From Leptospira sp. (GTDB lineage: Bacteria > Spirochaetota > Leptospiria > Leptospirales > Leptospiraceae): DNA of 64,000 nt. The position numbers and the translations under genes are program-made. The DNA lies in contig JAWXAQ010000007.1 of assembly GCA_034439575.1 (NCBI GenBank), positions 160,001-224,000 of the forward strand. Direction: 5' to 3'. Shown in pieces: positions 21,233-31,220 of this stretch; the first letter of the stretch is position 1, and every line of letters starts with the position of its first letter. Under the pieces are notes generated by a model. The model was not told the DNA's origin. It worked only from the letters and a program-made list of their open reading frames with translations, and made no database searches.

Positions 21233-21976
21233 ATGTCAGGACATTCGAAATGGGCTACGATTCGCCGTAAAAAAGGAGCTATCGATGCGAAAAGAGGAGC
21301 TATCTTCACACGCATTGCAAAGGAAATCTCGGTGGCTGCCAAAGAAAGTGGTGGAGATATTGAAGGAAACCCAAGACTTCGCCTCGCGATCACGAAAGCG
21401 AAAGCCGCCAATATGCCAAAAGACAACATTGAACGTGCTGTCAAAAAAGGTACAGGTGGTCTCGAAGGCATGGTTTATGAAGAGTGCCTCTACGAATGTT
21501 ATGCTCCTGGTGGAGTTGCTATTATGGTCGATGTGCTTACAGATAAAAAATCACGAACGACTCCCGAAATAAAAAGTATCTTAACAAAACTTGGTGGTTC
21601 CTTGGCAAACCCTGGCGCTGTTTCAAGATTATTCGATCGAAAAGGCCAAATTACTTTAAAGATGGATCAAATCACAGAAGAAGCTCTTTTTGATTTAGCT
21701 CTCAGTGCAGGCGCAGAAGACATTCAAGCAGGTGATGGCATCTATACAATTCTTACACCTCCTAGTGAATATGAGGCTGTGCAATCCGCATTGACCACCA
21801 AGGGTTTGTCTATGGAAGAATCCGAAATAAAATATGTCTCCATGACAATGGTTGAAGTGAACGATAAGGAAACTGCAGAAAGAATTATGAAGCTAATCGA
21901 TAATCTAGAAGCAAATGATGATGTGCAAGGCGTAAGTTCAAATTTCGAACCTGGCGAAGGAATCGAATTAGACTAA
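21233..21976 (+). CDS. yebC: YebC/PmpR family protein
   Basis: [25 protein letters not shown] and DDVQ motifs. Confidence 0.95.
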   Translation: MSGHSKWATIRRKKGAIDAKRGAIFTRIAKEISVAAKESGGDIEGNPRLRLAITKAKAANMPKDNIERAVKKGTGGLEGMVYEECLYECYAPGGVAIMVDVLTDKKSRTTPEIKSILTKLGGSLANPGAVSRLFDRKGQITLKMDQITEEALFDLALSAGAEDIQAGDGIYTILTPPSEYEAVQSALTTKGLSMEESEIKYVSMTMVEVNDKETAERIMKLIDNLEANDDVQGVSSNFEPGEGIELD

Positions 21977-21991
21977 CAAATCTTATAGAAA

Positions 21992-22027
21992 TCCCAACTG
22001 AAGTTTTTCTGTATTTCTCAGTTGGGA
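21992..22027. terminator. Hairpin between convergent genes, probable terminator
   Basis: TCCCAACTGA (21992-22001) pairs with TCAGTTGGGA (22018-22027); 16-nt loop. Confidence 0.65.
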
Positions 22028-22034
22028 AAATGAT

Positions 22035-22286
22035 TTATCTTCGTTTCACAAGTCCAAGTACAAACACGAGCAAAATAGATCCAACCACTGCGACGACGAT
22101 TTCGGCAAGCCAGCCACCAGCATGAAAACCGACGAATCGGAAAACTACCCCACCCAAAAAAGATCCAATGACACCGATCACTAGATTGGCAATTAGACCA
22201 AATCCTTTTCCTCGCAGTATCTTCCCTGTAAGCCAGCCTGCGATGAGTCCAATGAGTAAAAATACAATAAAACTTTCTAAATTCAT
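22035..22286 (-). CDS. GlsB/YeaQ/YmgE (transglycosylase-associated) small membrane protein
   Basis: IGLIAGWL...GKGFGL..NLVIGVIGS..GG pattern; three hydrophobic helices. Confidence 0.9.
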   Translation of the reverse strand: MNLESFIVFLLIGLIAGWLTGKILRGKGFGLIANLVIGVIGSFLGGVVFRFVGFHAGGWLAEIVVAVVGSILLVFVLGLVKRR

Positions 22287-22369
22287 ACTATCCTTGTTGT
22301 CTTCTTAATTTAATTACATTAGAATATCCAGATTAGTAGACGATTTCAAACGAAATACGAAGGCAGATT

Positions 22370-23719
22370 TTGAAAAATCAAATATTCTCGGGTCCCTATT
22401 ATTATGGCATGAAAGATTTGGATGTCTTCAAAAAAACATTCATCAATGAAAACCGTGGAAAACCATTATTTTTAATACGTTTTGAAAATATAACAAATAT
22501 TGAAGTCATAGCTTTTTTGGATCTTTTAAGAAGCGATTTTTATGCATGTCTTGATCTTGAAGATATTTCTTTTGGGTTTCATTATTTTGAAAAAAAACAA
22601 ATTCTTTTGATGGGGATCGCTCCCCTATTTGAATGGAACATTGAAAAATTTCCAAATATCGAAAATGCTGTAGGTAAGTTCCAACAAGAATGTATGCGAA
22701 CCAAAGTAGCTTCGTTTCATTTTGGTGTCTCACGAACTCAGTCAAATTTCATTTCAACCAATGATGAAATCTTTGAAGAATTATTTCGTTCATCAGAAAA
22801 AAACTTAAATGATAACTTAGTTAGGTGGAGTTGGACATATTACAACAAGGCAAATACTTATATTTCAGGTTCAATCCATGAAGCTATGATCCAGCCTACA
22901 GTTATATTTAATCCAAAATTAAAGAATTTCTCAGTGAAAGGGGGGGAAGTTTTTGTGGGTGGAGGGGCTTACGTTGGTTATAAAGATCTAATCAATGATA
23001 TACCATCCGATCAGGACTTAAACCGCATTGAACTTTTAATTTTAGAAAAACTAATCGTAGCATGTGATGGTGCCCCCGGATTATTAAAATTCAATATATC
23101 ACCTCAATCTCTTATCGATACTTTTTCGAGCAAAGAAAAAGTTGATAAGCTAAATAAACTAATCAGTAATAAAAATCTATCCACAGAAAATGTTCGTTTT
23201 GAATTGGTTGAAAAACCTTATGATGATTCTCAATTTCCTTTAAAAGATGTTTGCCAAGCTTTCTACGATCATGGTATGAGTTTCGCTGCAGATGATTTTG
23301 GCGTCAAAAGCCAATCACATCAAATCGTACTCGATCTTGGTATTATGATCAAGGAATTTAAATTGGATCCTATTAGTTTTAAATTTAAAATTGAAGAAGA
23401 TCAGATCAAATTTTTGGATAACTTAGCTTTTATAGATTATTGCAAGCGCCTAGCAGATAACAGAGAAGCTGTGATTACAGCGGAAGCCGTTGAAGACTTT
23501 GATACTTTGAGATTTTTAATGGAACACCAAATTTATCAATTTCAAGCAAATATTTTATTTGGAAAAATGTCTGTCACGGATTACAAGCGAGATTTCGAAT
23601 CATTGCATTCAATACACGAGGACGTAGTCAAAGAAGTTCTGAGTGATAAAATTTTAGCAGAAAAACAAAAGAGAGTCGGCAATGTTTTCCGCGTTGCCAT
23701 TGAAGCAGGACTCATTTAG
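22370..23719 (+). CDS. EAL-domain protein with degenerate GGDEF-like N-terminus (start may be ATG 22409)
   Basis: IQP, GEVF, FNISP, FELVE, ADDFG, FKLD, AEAVE and FQ motifs. Confidence 0.8.
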   Translation: MKNQIFSGPYYYGMKDLDVFKKTFINENRGKPLFLIRFENITNIEVIAFLDLLRSDFYACLDLEDISFGFHYFEKKQILLMGIAPLFEWNIEKFPNIENAVGKFQQECMRTKVASFHFGVSRTQSNFISTNDEIFEELFRSSEKNLNDNLVRWSWTYYNKANTYISGSIHEAMIQPTVIFNPKLKNFSVKGGEVFVGGGAYVGYKDLINDIPSDQDLNRIELLILEKLIVACDGAPGLLKFNISPQSLIDTFSSKEKVDKLNKLISNKNLSTENVRFELVEKPYDDSQFPLKDVCQAFYDHGMSFAADDFGVKSQSHQIVLDLGIMIKEFKLDPISFKFKIEEDQIKFLDNLAFIDYCKRLADNREAVITAEAVEDFDTLRFLMEHQIYQFQANILFGKMSVTDYKRDFESLHSIHEDVVKEVLSDKILAEKQKRVGNVFRVAIEAGLI

Positions 23720-23733
23720 TTTAAGTTAAATAT

Positions 23734-24651
23734 ATGCATTTTATTATGGTGATCGAAAATGACCCGATAGCATCATCGGAATTAGAAACTATTTTTCAAG
23801 GTTTGAGACAGAGAGTTGTCATTACAAAATTTACACAAACTGTTAAAGAATATGTGAAGTCTTCCAATCCTGATATCATCCTCATGGGATTGACATTCAA
23901 AGACAAAAAAGAATTAGAATTTATTTTAGAACTACGAAGAGATGTGATAACACAATCTATACCTATTCTTGCTTTGATTCCAAAGGAAGACAATACTTTC
24001 AGCCAAAACATGAAACCTTTAGGATTTACAGATTTCATGGTCAAACCTTTATTTAAACAATCTTTGCTCGAAAGAATTCAGAGTTTAATAGAAGAATATA
24101 AATTTGGTGAAACAAACAAAACTAGAGACAACGTTTCTTTTGTCATAGTGGACAGAAGTCATGGTCGTGTTTTATTTCAATGTCGAGCCAATTTAAAACG
24201 ATATGTTTTTCCCGAATTCAAAAGAATTTTCACAATTAATTTTTTAAAATCGATCGTTGGAGAATACATTAGTTTTGATATTCGAGGTGTTCCTGATGTA
24301 GGCAAAGAAGAAGTAGAAGTTTTCGAAAGAGTATTGAAAATTTTTATCGGAAAGGAACGCATAGCCATTATTGCCGGCAGACATATGGGAGCTTTCATCG
24401 AACACGCGCAAGAAGAAGAAAGAATGATCGTCTTTATGGCACCTAGCGAGTTTGACGAATATCTAAAAGTAGAAGAACAAAAAAAAGAAGATCAGCGAAA
24501 AAAAGAAAAAAAAGAGAAATTTGCTCCGAGCCCAACTATTATAACAGAGGCTCCCCCAATTTCAATGAATAACAGTAGTTTGGATGAAAAATCAAATGAT
24601 ATCATTTCACCTAATCAAGATACAAATAAGGAAGATAAAACAGAAACATGA
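23734..24651 (+). CDS. Atypical receiver-domain protein
   Basis: VIEND, PDIILMG (acceptor Asp position is Gly), IPILAL and FMVKP motifs. Confidence 0.75.
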   Translation: MHFIMVIENDPIASSELETIFQGLRQRVVITKFTQTVKEYVKSSNPDIILMGLTFKDKKELEFILELRRDVITQSIPILALIPKEDNTFSQNMKPLGFTDFMVKPLFKQSLLERIQSLIEEYKFGETNKTRDNVSFVIVDRSHGRVLFQCRANLKRYVFPEFKRIFTINFLKSIVGEYISFDIRGVPDVGKEEVEVFERVLKIFIGKERIAIIAGRHMGAFIEHAQEEERMIVFMAPSEFDEYLKVEEQKKEDQRKKEKKEKFAPSPTIITEAPPISMNNSSLDEKSNDIISPNQDTNKEDKTET

Positions 24652-25430
24652 ATTTTAAACGTGAAGAAATTACAGTAAGTGGCGGAAAAGCGGAAATCAT
24701 TCATATGCAAATGAATGATCAAAATTCGCTTACTGGTTCAAATATGAAAGAATTTGGTAGCATTTTGAAAGAAATAGCAAACGACCCAGAAAAAAGAGGT
24801 GCTATCATTACCTCTGACAATGAAAAATTTTTTTGCAATGGTCTAGATGCCGAAAATCTTTTATCAGCACCAAAAGATAAACTATTAGATGAAGTCGGCG
24901 GGATAGTTTTACTTTTTGGAGAACTAATCAAATTTGATAAACCACTGATTGCAGAAGTTACTGGTCATGCTATGGGTGGAGGTGCGGTAATTACTGTTGC
25001 TTGTGATTACAAATATATGTTAGACGGTAAAGGTAGGATCGGTTTTACAGAAGTAAATGTTGGATTGCCATTGCCAGGTAGTTTTGTTGATAAAATTAAA
25101 ACATGTGTTAGTGGACGTTATTGGGCAGAAGTTTGTCTGGAAGGAAAGACTTTCAAAGGAGCGGAAGCAAAAGCAATAGGCCTAATCGATGAAATAGCAC
25201 CTTCTACAGAAGAATTGAGAAAACTTAGTTTGAAAAAAATAGATATTTTGTCTAAAATCCCTATGACAGCCTATCGTTCCACCAAAAACATGTTAAATGG
25301 TTCATTAATAGAAAAACTTGATCAATATGCCAAAGAAACAATCAAAGCATTCCAACAACCTGGTGTAACTGAAAATCTTTTAGAAGCAATGACTGCTCTT
25401 AAGGAAAAAAGAAGACCTGTTTTAAAATAG
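24648..25430 (+). CDS. Enoyl-CoA hydratase/isomerase family protein
   Basis: FFCNGLD, GHAMGGG, ACDY and FTEVNVG motifs. Confidence 0.92.
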   Translation: MNFKREEITVSGGKAEIIHMQMNDQNSLTGSNMKEFGSILKEIANDPEKRGAIITSDNEKFFCNGLDAENLLSAPKDKLLDEVGGIVLLFGELIKFDKPLIAEVTGHAMGGGAVITVACDYKYMLDGKGRIGFTEVNVGLPLPGSFVDKIKTCVSGRYWAEVCLEGKTFKGAEAKAIGLIDEIAPSTEELRKLSLKKIDILSKIPMTAYRSTKNMLNGSLIEKLDQYAKETIKAFQQPGVTENLLEAMTALKEKRRPVLK

Positions 25431-25433
25431 AAA

Positions 25434-25502
25434 TAGATTTGGAATATGATTGGTAAGGATTTATAGATATCACATTGGGTATAAATCCTAATTCCGAATC
25501 TA
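25434..25502 (+). other. Long bulged intergenic RNA hairpin
   Basis: Outer stem 25434-25445 with 25491-25502 (12 bp, one G-U) and inner stem 25456-25465 with 25480-25489 (10 bp, perfect). Confidence 0.65.
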
Positions 25503-25586
25503 CCGATTGCACTTTCTTTTAAAGAACGAGAAGAGTAATCTCGAATAGTCTTGCATAAAGAATAGCCGAAATAATTCTGAAAATGA

Positions 25587-27524
25587 ATGTCTCGGCTTTT
25601 GATATTTTTCATTTCTGCTATTTTTCTTTTTACATTTCAATTAAAGGCAAGCGACTTTCCCCCAGGATTCGTTCTTAATGAGCCATACACTTGGCCTGTG
25701 AAGGGAATGAATCAAATCACAGGCACATTCGGAGAATTTAGAACGGGACATTTCCATATGGGCCAAGATTTTTCTACATCGGGTAGAATTGGAATACCCA
25801 TACTTGCGGTAGCTAATGGCAAAGTAACTCGCGTTCAGCGAAGATGGAGTTCCATTGGTTATGCAGTCTTTGTTCAACATGATGATGGTATGACATCAAG
25901 ATATGGACATCTTCATAAATTTGCACCAAAGGTGGTAAAACAAATCTTAAAATCAAAACAAGCAAGAAGATTTAAAGACCGCGTAGATTTCGATATAGTT
26001 TTACCAGATCCAGTTGAAGTTTCGAAAGGAGAAATGGTCGCATTGTCAGGCGATACTGGCGTAGGTCCCCCACATTTGCATTTTGAATTATTCAAAGATA
26101 ATATTTATTATAATCCTATGCACTTTGGATTGGGTTATGAGGAAGCTGAACCGATTATTTTTGATTCCTTGCGTATAACACCGGAAACAACCAGAACATT
26201 TATAAACGGAAGAAATGAACCACTAGATGTACCATTTTCTCATGTCGGAAATAATAAATATGAATTAGTAGATATTCCGAATTTAATGATTCAAGGTAAG
26301 GTGGGTCTACAAGTATCAATACATCAAAAATCAAATACAAATCGACTAGGGATTCATACTCTCGTGATGAATGTAGGACAACAAATCTTTCAAGGATTTC
26401 AATTGTCGAAAATTCTAAAAGATCATACAAGAAAAAATGTTTTGTTATATGATAGTAAAATTAGTAAACCAAATGGAAATCCATTTTCATATTTTTTACA
26501 TACCAAAGATGGCAATGATTTACTTGGGTTCTTTCGAAAAGAACGTGAACAAGGGTTAATCGATAGTGAATCTCTTAAGAATTCCGAACCAAAAGAAATT
26601 TCTATCAAAGCAACTGGTCAAGGTAAACAAGAAGCATTCGCATCTCTTTCTCTCTTTAAAGATCAAAATGATTATAGACATATTGTCACAAAAGAATTAA
26701 TTTATAATGTTTTTTATGATCGATATACAACTTTTAAATCAAAAGATACAAAAGTAGAATTGTTCTTTCCTGTCAATGCTGTGTATTCAAAAGGATATTT
26801 TGATATTGCTGCGAAAGAAGAAGTGAAAATAAAAACCAATGGATTGAATCAATTATCATCCGTTTATGAAATCGGACCTGAATTTAAAGATTTTAACTTA
26901 GGTTATGATCTATATGTGAAAGTCCCGAAAACTCACGACATCAACTCAGCTGACTTATACGAAGTTTTATCCGATGGTTCTGTGAAAAAAGTAAAGGGAT
27001 CATCCTTTAGTTCTTGGGGACAATTTTTTAAAGTTCGGTTGCGAAAAACTGGACTCTTTGTGGTCTTATCAGACCAAACGCCACCTAACATATACCTTCA
27101 CGATTCAATGACAAAATCAGTGTATCCTCGTGAAGATTTTGCGCTTCTGCTAAAGGCAAAAGATGTCGGCTCTGGAATTATGCCAGAGGGCTTTGATATA
27201 ACCGTTGATGGTCAAAGAGGAAAGGCAGAATATTTTCCAAAAGATGGTCGAGTGGAAATATTTGAACCTGAAATTTTATACCTACCAGGAAAACATAGTG
27301 TACTAGCAAGTGTTCGAGATTTTGCAGGTAACTGGAGCTCGACGGTTCGTTTTGATTATGAGATAGAAAGTCCACCAGCAGAAACAGTTGAAGTTCCAAT
27401 TAAAAATGAAATCAAAACGGAAGACCTTCCAAAAAAAGAAAATAAAACTTCAAAAGTGAAAGAGCCTAAGACGACTAAGAAAAAGTCGTCAAAGGTAAAA
27501 AAATCAAATTCTACATCCCGATAG
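25587..27524 (+). CDS. Exported M23-family metallopeptidase, large multidomain
   Basis: Signal peptide; FGEFR..HFHMGQD (HxxxD), YGHL and PPHLHFE motifs; Lys-rich tail. Confidence 0.9.
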   Translation: MSRLLIFFISAIFLFTFQLKASDFPPGFVLNEPYTWPVKGMNQITGTFGEFRTGHFHMGQDFSTSGRIGIPILAVANGKVTRVQRRWSSIGYAVFVQHDDGMTSRYGHLHKFAPKVVKQILKSKQARRFKDRVDFDIVLPDPVEVSKGEMVALSGDTGVGPPHLHFELFKDNIYYNPMHFGLGYEEAEPIIFDSLRITPETTRTFINGRNEPLDVPFSHVGNNKYELVDIPNLMIQGKVGLQVSIHQKSNTNRLGIHTLVMNVGQQIFQGFQLSKILKDHTRKNVLLYDSKISKPNGNPFSYFLHTKDGNDLLGFFRKEREQGLIDSESLKNSEPKEISIKATGQGKQEAFASLSLFKDQNDYRHIVTKELIYNVFYDRYTTFKSKDTKVELFFPVNAVYSKGYFDIAAKEEVKIKTNGLNQLSSVYEIGPEFKDFNLGYDLYVKVPKTHDINSADLYEVLSDGSVKKVKGSSFSSWGQFFKVRLRKTGLFVVLSDQTPPNIYLHDSMTKSVYPREDFALLLKAKDVGSGIMPEGFDITVDGQRGKAEYFPKDGRVEIFEPEILYLPGKHSVLASVRDFAGNWSSTVRFDYEIESPPAETVEVPIKNEIKTEDLPKKENKTSKVKEPKTTKKKSSKVKKSNSTSR

Positions 27525-28278
27525 CAGCACCACCATCTACGCGCAAGTAGGTGCCAGTAATATAAGAAGCATCATCGCTTAAGAAAAATTTCACAGCAGA
27601 AGCAATCTCTTCTTGTTTGCCAGGTCTCTTCAATGGAATCACAGATGCATCAGTTAATTTATCTTGAACTTCTTTGCTTAAAGTCCCAGTCATTTCTGTT
27701 TGAACGTATCCTGGACAGACAGCATTTACCAAAACATTACGGCCTGAAAATTCACGTGCAGAAACTTTTGTTAAAGCAATCACACCTGCTTTCGAAGTGG
27801 AATAATTTGCTTGGCCAGGTTGTCCCGTTAATCCAGAGACAGATGAAATATTTACAATTCTTCCAGCTGGAGCCTTTAACAAAAGTTTGCTTGCTGACTT
27901 AGTCATCAAAAAAACACCCTTGCAGTTGACATCCATTACAAAATCAAATTCTTGTTCACTCATTCTTATAAGTAGATTATCTTTTAGAACGCCTGCATTA
28001 TTCACTAGAAAATCTAATTTTCCAAATACTTCTTTTGTCTTTGTGATAGCGGCATCACAATCGTCTGGTTTTGTCACATTACATGCGATACCAATTGCCT
28101 TTACACCGTATTTCGCCTCTACTTCTTTGGCGGCTTCTTCAATCTTTTCTTGGTTTAAATCAACAAGTACTAAACTTGCACCATGTGATGCAATACGGTT
28201 GGCGATAGCTCTTCCCAATCCGATCGGAGAAGCTGCTCCTGTGACGAGTGCGATTTTACCTTCAAATTCTTTGGACAT
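27511..28278 (-). CDS. fabG: 3-oxoacyl-ACP reductase (SDR)
   Basis: TGA...[17 protein letters not shown] and VDGG motifs. Start placed at ATG 28278 after a GAGG SD. Confidence 0.85.
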   Translation of the reverse strand: MSKEFEGKIALVTGAASPIGLGRAIANRIASHGASLVLVDLNQEKIEEAAKEVEAKYGVKAIGIACNVTKPDDCDAAITKTKEVFGKLDFLVNNAGVLKDNLLIRMSEQEFDFVMDVNCKGVFLMTKSASKLLLKAPAGRIVNISSVSGLTGQPGQANYSTSKAGVIALTKVSAREFSGRNVLVNAVCPGYVQTEMTGTLSKEVQDKLTDASVIPLKRPGKQEEIASAVKFFLSDDASYITGTYLRVDGGAAIGM

Positions 28279-28389
28279 ACTTTCCTCATTATATATAGAT
28301 ACTATGCAACTATGTAAGAAGTAAGAACATCGTTCGGCAACTGTAAATTTCACAGTTGAATTGAATGTTTATCATGAAACATTGCCCTT

Positions 28390-29691
28390 ATGATCGATCG
28401 ATATAGCCATCCTGAAATTTCTGCCATTTGGGAATTAGAGAACAAATTTAGAATTTGGACAGATATAGAAATATATGCCTGCGAAATAAGAACCAATAGA
28501 GGTGAAGTTCCAAAAGAAGACCTCGCTACTATCAAAGCTAATGCAAAATTCAATGTAGATGAAATTCTAGAAATAGAATCAAAAGTTCATCATGATGTAA
28601 TCGCGTATCTTACAAATTTAAATTCTTATATCGGGCCTGCGGGTAGGCATGTACATTTTGGTTTAACATCTTCTGACGTAGGAGACACTGCACTTTGTGT
28701 ACAAATGGTACAAGCTATGGATCTACTAATCAAAAGGGCTAAAGAACTACTAGATACCACCAAACAAAAAGCATTCGAATATAAAGATTTACCCTGCATA
28801 GGAAGGTCACATGGCATCCATGCAGAACCTATGACTTTAGGATTAAAGTTTGCACTTTTTTATTCAGAAATGAAACGCAATATCGATCGTATGGAAGATG
28901 CGAAAAAACAAATTGCCGTTGGAAAACTTTCGGGAGCCGTTGGAACATATTCAAATATCGATCCTGAAATTGAAGAGTATGTGTTAAATAAACTTGGACT
29001 TGAAGTGGATCCGATTGCCACACAAGTGATTTCAAGGGATCGTCATGCATTCTATTTATCAATTTTAGGTATTGTGGCTGCAAGTTTAGATCGTATGGCA
29101 ACGGAAGTTAGGTTACTTCAAAAAACCGAAGGCCGTGAAGTAGAAGAACCATTTGCGAAAGGGCAAAAAGGCAGCTCTGCTATGCCGCACAAAAGAAATC
29201 CTGTTGTTTGCGAGAGGATATCTGGTATATCACGCGTCATACGAGCCAATGTAAATGTAGGTCTACAAAACGTAGGACTTTGGCATGAAAGAGATATCTC
29301 TCACTCTTCTGCAGAAAGAATTGTTTTACCCGATTCTACCATTGCACTTGATTATATATTAGAAAAGATGAATTTTGTGATTAAAGGAATTCATGTTTAT
29401 CCTGATGCCACAGAACGAACATTAAATGTGACTCGAGGATTAATTTTTTCTCAAAAAGTATTACTTTGGCTAATTGAAAAAGGTGGTATTTCTAGAGAAG
29501 ATGCCTATTTGATTGTCCAAGACAATGCAATGGCTGTCTGGGCAGACCAAAATCAAAATCTACGAGATAGATTGAAGGCTGATCCGCGATGTTCTTCAAT
29601 ATTGAAAGAAAAAGACCTAGATGAAATTTTTCAGATTCAACCTTATCTAGATCGAATTCCTCTGATTTTCGAAAGATTGGGAATTGTGTAG
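28390..29691 (+). CDS. purB: Adenylosuccinate lyase
   Basis: MIDRY, HDVIA, H.GLTSSD, RSHGIHAEP and GSSAMPHKRNP motifs. Confidence 0.97.
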   Translation: MIDRYSHPEISAIWELENKFRIWTDIEIYACEIRTNRGEVPKEDLATIKANAKFNVDEILEIESKVHHDVIAYLTNLNSYIGPAGRHVHFGLTSSDVGDTALCVQMVQAMDLLIKRAKELLDTTKQKAFEYKDLPCIGRSHGIHAEPMTLGLKFALFYSEMKRNIDRMEDAKKQIAVGKLSGAVGTYSNIDPEIEEYVLNKLGLEVDPIATQVISRDRHAFYLSILGIVAASLDRMATEVRLLQKTEGREVEEPFAKGQKGSSAMPHKRNPVVCERISGISRVIRANVNVGLQNVGLWHERDISHSSAERIVLPDSTIALDYILEKMNFVIKGIHVYPDATERTLNVTRGLIFSQKVLLWLIEKGGISREDAYLIVQDNAMAVWADQNQNLRDRLKADPRCSSILKEKDLDEIFQIQPYLDRIPLIFERLGIV

Positions 29692-29718
29692 AGTACTTCG
29701 AATTTATTTAATTTAGAT

Positions 29719-31071
29719 TTAGTTTACACTAACCGCTTGAGGCAATAAATTGTATTTCGCCTTAATCGTATTAATCTTTTCTTCCATTTCATTCCATAGA
29801 GTTTCCTTCTGTGGATGAAATGTACAATAAACACCTTGGCGCACTAAGTCGATCAATTCGTCCAAAGAAAAATCTAAAAAGCGATATAACTTAAAATACT
29901 CATAGGTGAGATTAACGTTAAAAATTTCTGGATCATCCGTATTGATTGATAACATCAGACCTTGGTCATAATAATAACGCACAGGATGGTTTTGTTCTTT
30001 GCGAACATATTTGCCTGTAAATACATTTGAAGTCACACAAATTTCGATAGGGATTTTGTTTTCTTTCATGTACTTCATAAGTTCAGGATCTTGAATCGCT
30101 GAAGTCCCATGACCGATCCGTTCCGCCTTACAAAGACTCACTGCATCCCATATTGCCCAAGGACCATCATCTTCACCAGAATGGGAAACACATCGTAGTC
30201 CTGCTTCCCTAGCCTTTTTAAATACTTCCGCATAATCTTTAGCAGGACCCATTAGCTCCGCGCCACCAAGACCTATACCAATCACTTCTTTATGTTTTAA
30301 ACCGAGAACTCGATTTAAATTGTTCATGGCATTGGCTGGACCAAAGGATCTAGAAACATCTACGAGTAGTCTAATAGTAATGCCATCTTTAACTTCGATT
30401 TGGCGAATGCGAGTTACCATTACTTCAACCATTTCATCAAAGTCTAAACCATTTTGAATGAACTTTGAAGGGGCAAAAAATGCTTCACAGTAAACAATAT
30501 TATTTGATCGCAAATAGTCTGCTAGACTATCTATAAAATATCCTAAGTCAGATGCTTCCTTTACAGCGCCTTGAACAAAAAAGAAAACCTGTATAAAACC
30601 ATTAAGATCTTTAAAGTTATATTTATCTTCAAATTCCTTATCAGTAACCTCTACGCCATTCTTCTTATAGAGGAATTTTAAAGTCTCTTTATTCACGCAT
30701 GCTTCTAGATGAAGGTGAATTTCTGTTTTTGGAATATCACGAATGAAATTGATGACGTCTTGTTCATTGGGATGAGGGAGAGATAAATCCCCTGCCAAAA
30801 GAGATTTTCTTTCTTTAAGGAAAGTAGCTTCCTCTGTTTGAAAGTTTCCAGTTTCTTTAGGGAAAAGCCATGACGGTGGATTTAAAACCGGCAGCTCCAT
30901 TAAAGAAACGCGCTCATTTAAGAGGGTATTGATTTGTTTATCAAAGGTTAATTGTAGAGACGGAGAATAAGGTCGATCCGCAGGTAAACGACCTTTTAGT
31001 CGGTTCAGTTCTGCGATGTCTCTGTCAATGACGGAGACTCTTTTAAGTATTTCTGAGAATTGAACTTCCAT
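29719..31071 (-). CDS. add: Adenosine/adenine deaminase family enzyme with about 100-aa N-terminal extension
   Basis: PKTEIHLHLE, HSGE, RIGHG, C.TSN and NTDDP motifs. Confidence 0.88.
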   Translation of the reverse strand: MEVQFSEILKRVSVIDRDIAELNRLKGRLPADRPYSPSLQLTFDKQINTLLNERVSLMELPVLNPPSWLFPKETGNFQTEEATFLKERKSLLAGDLSLPHPNEQDVINFIRDIPKTEIHLHLEACVNKETLKFLYKKNGVEVTDKEFEDKYNFKDLNGFIQVFFFVQGAVKEASDLGYFIDSLADYLRSNNIVYCEAFFAPSKFIQNGLDFDEMVEVMVTRIRQIEVKDGITIRLLVDVSRSFGPANAMNNLNRVLGLKHKEVIGIGLGGAELMGPAKDYAEVFKKAREAGLRCVSHSGEDDGPWAIWDAVSLCKAERIGHGTSAIQDPELMKYMKENKIPIEICVTSNVFTGKYVRKEQNHPVRYYYDQGLMLSINTDDPEIFNVNLTYEYFKLYRFLDFSLDELIDLVRQGVYCTFHPQKETLWNEMEEKINTIKAKYNLLPQAVSVN

Positions 31072-31220
31072 GTTCCTGGAAATTCTTTTGTTTTTGATGC
31101 CTACCTACAAGAATATTTTTATCAAACTTACGAATTTACCTATTTAGTGACGAAATTTCTTTCCGATGAGAGTAAAGGGAGCGGAAAAGACTGGAAATTT
31201 TTCCGAATTATGTCGTTTAG

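Noticed and set aside
25322-25612. 96-aa minus-strand ORF across the hairpin-containing gap
   Set aside because: It overlaps both flanking genes and has no recognisable features; the RNA structure explains the gap better.
28279-28353. N-terminal extension of fabG, and similar extensions of hslO, tsaE, holA, the SDR and the phosphatase
   Set aside because: Internal ATGs match the family N-termini or have SD sequences; the extensions are longest-ORF artefacts.
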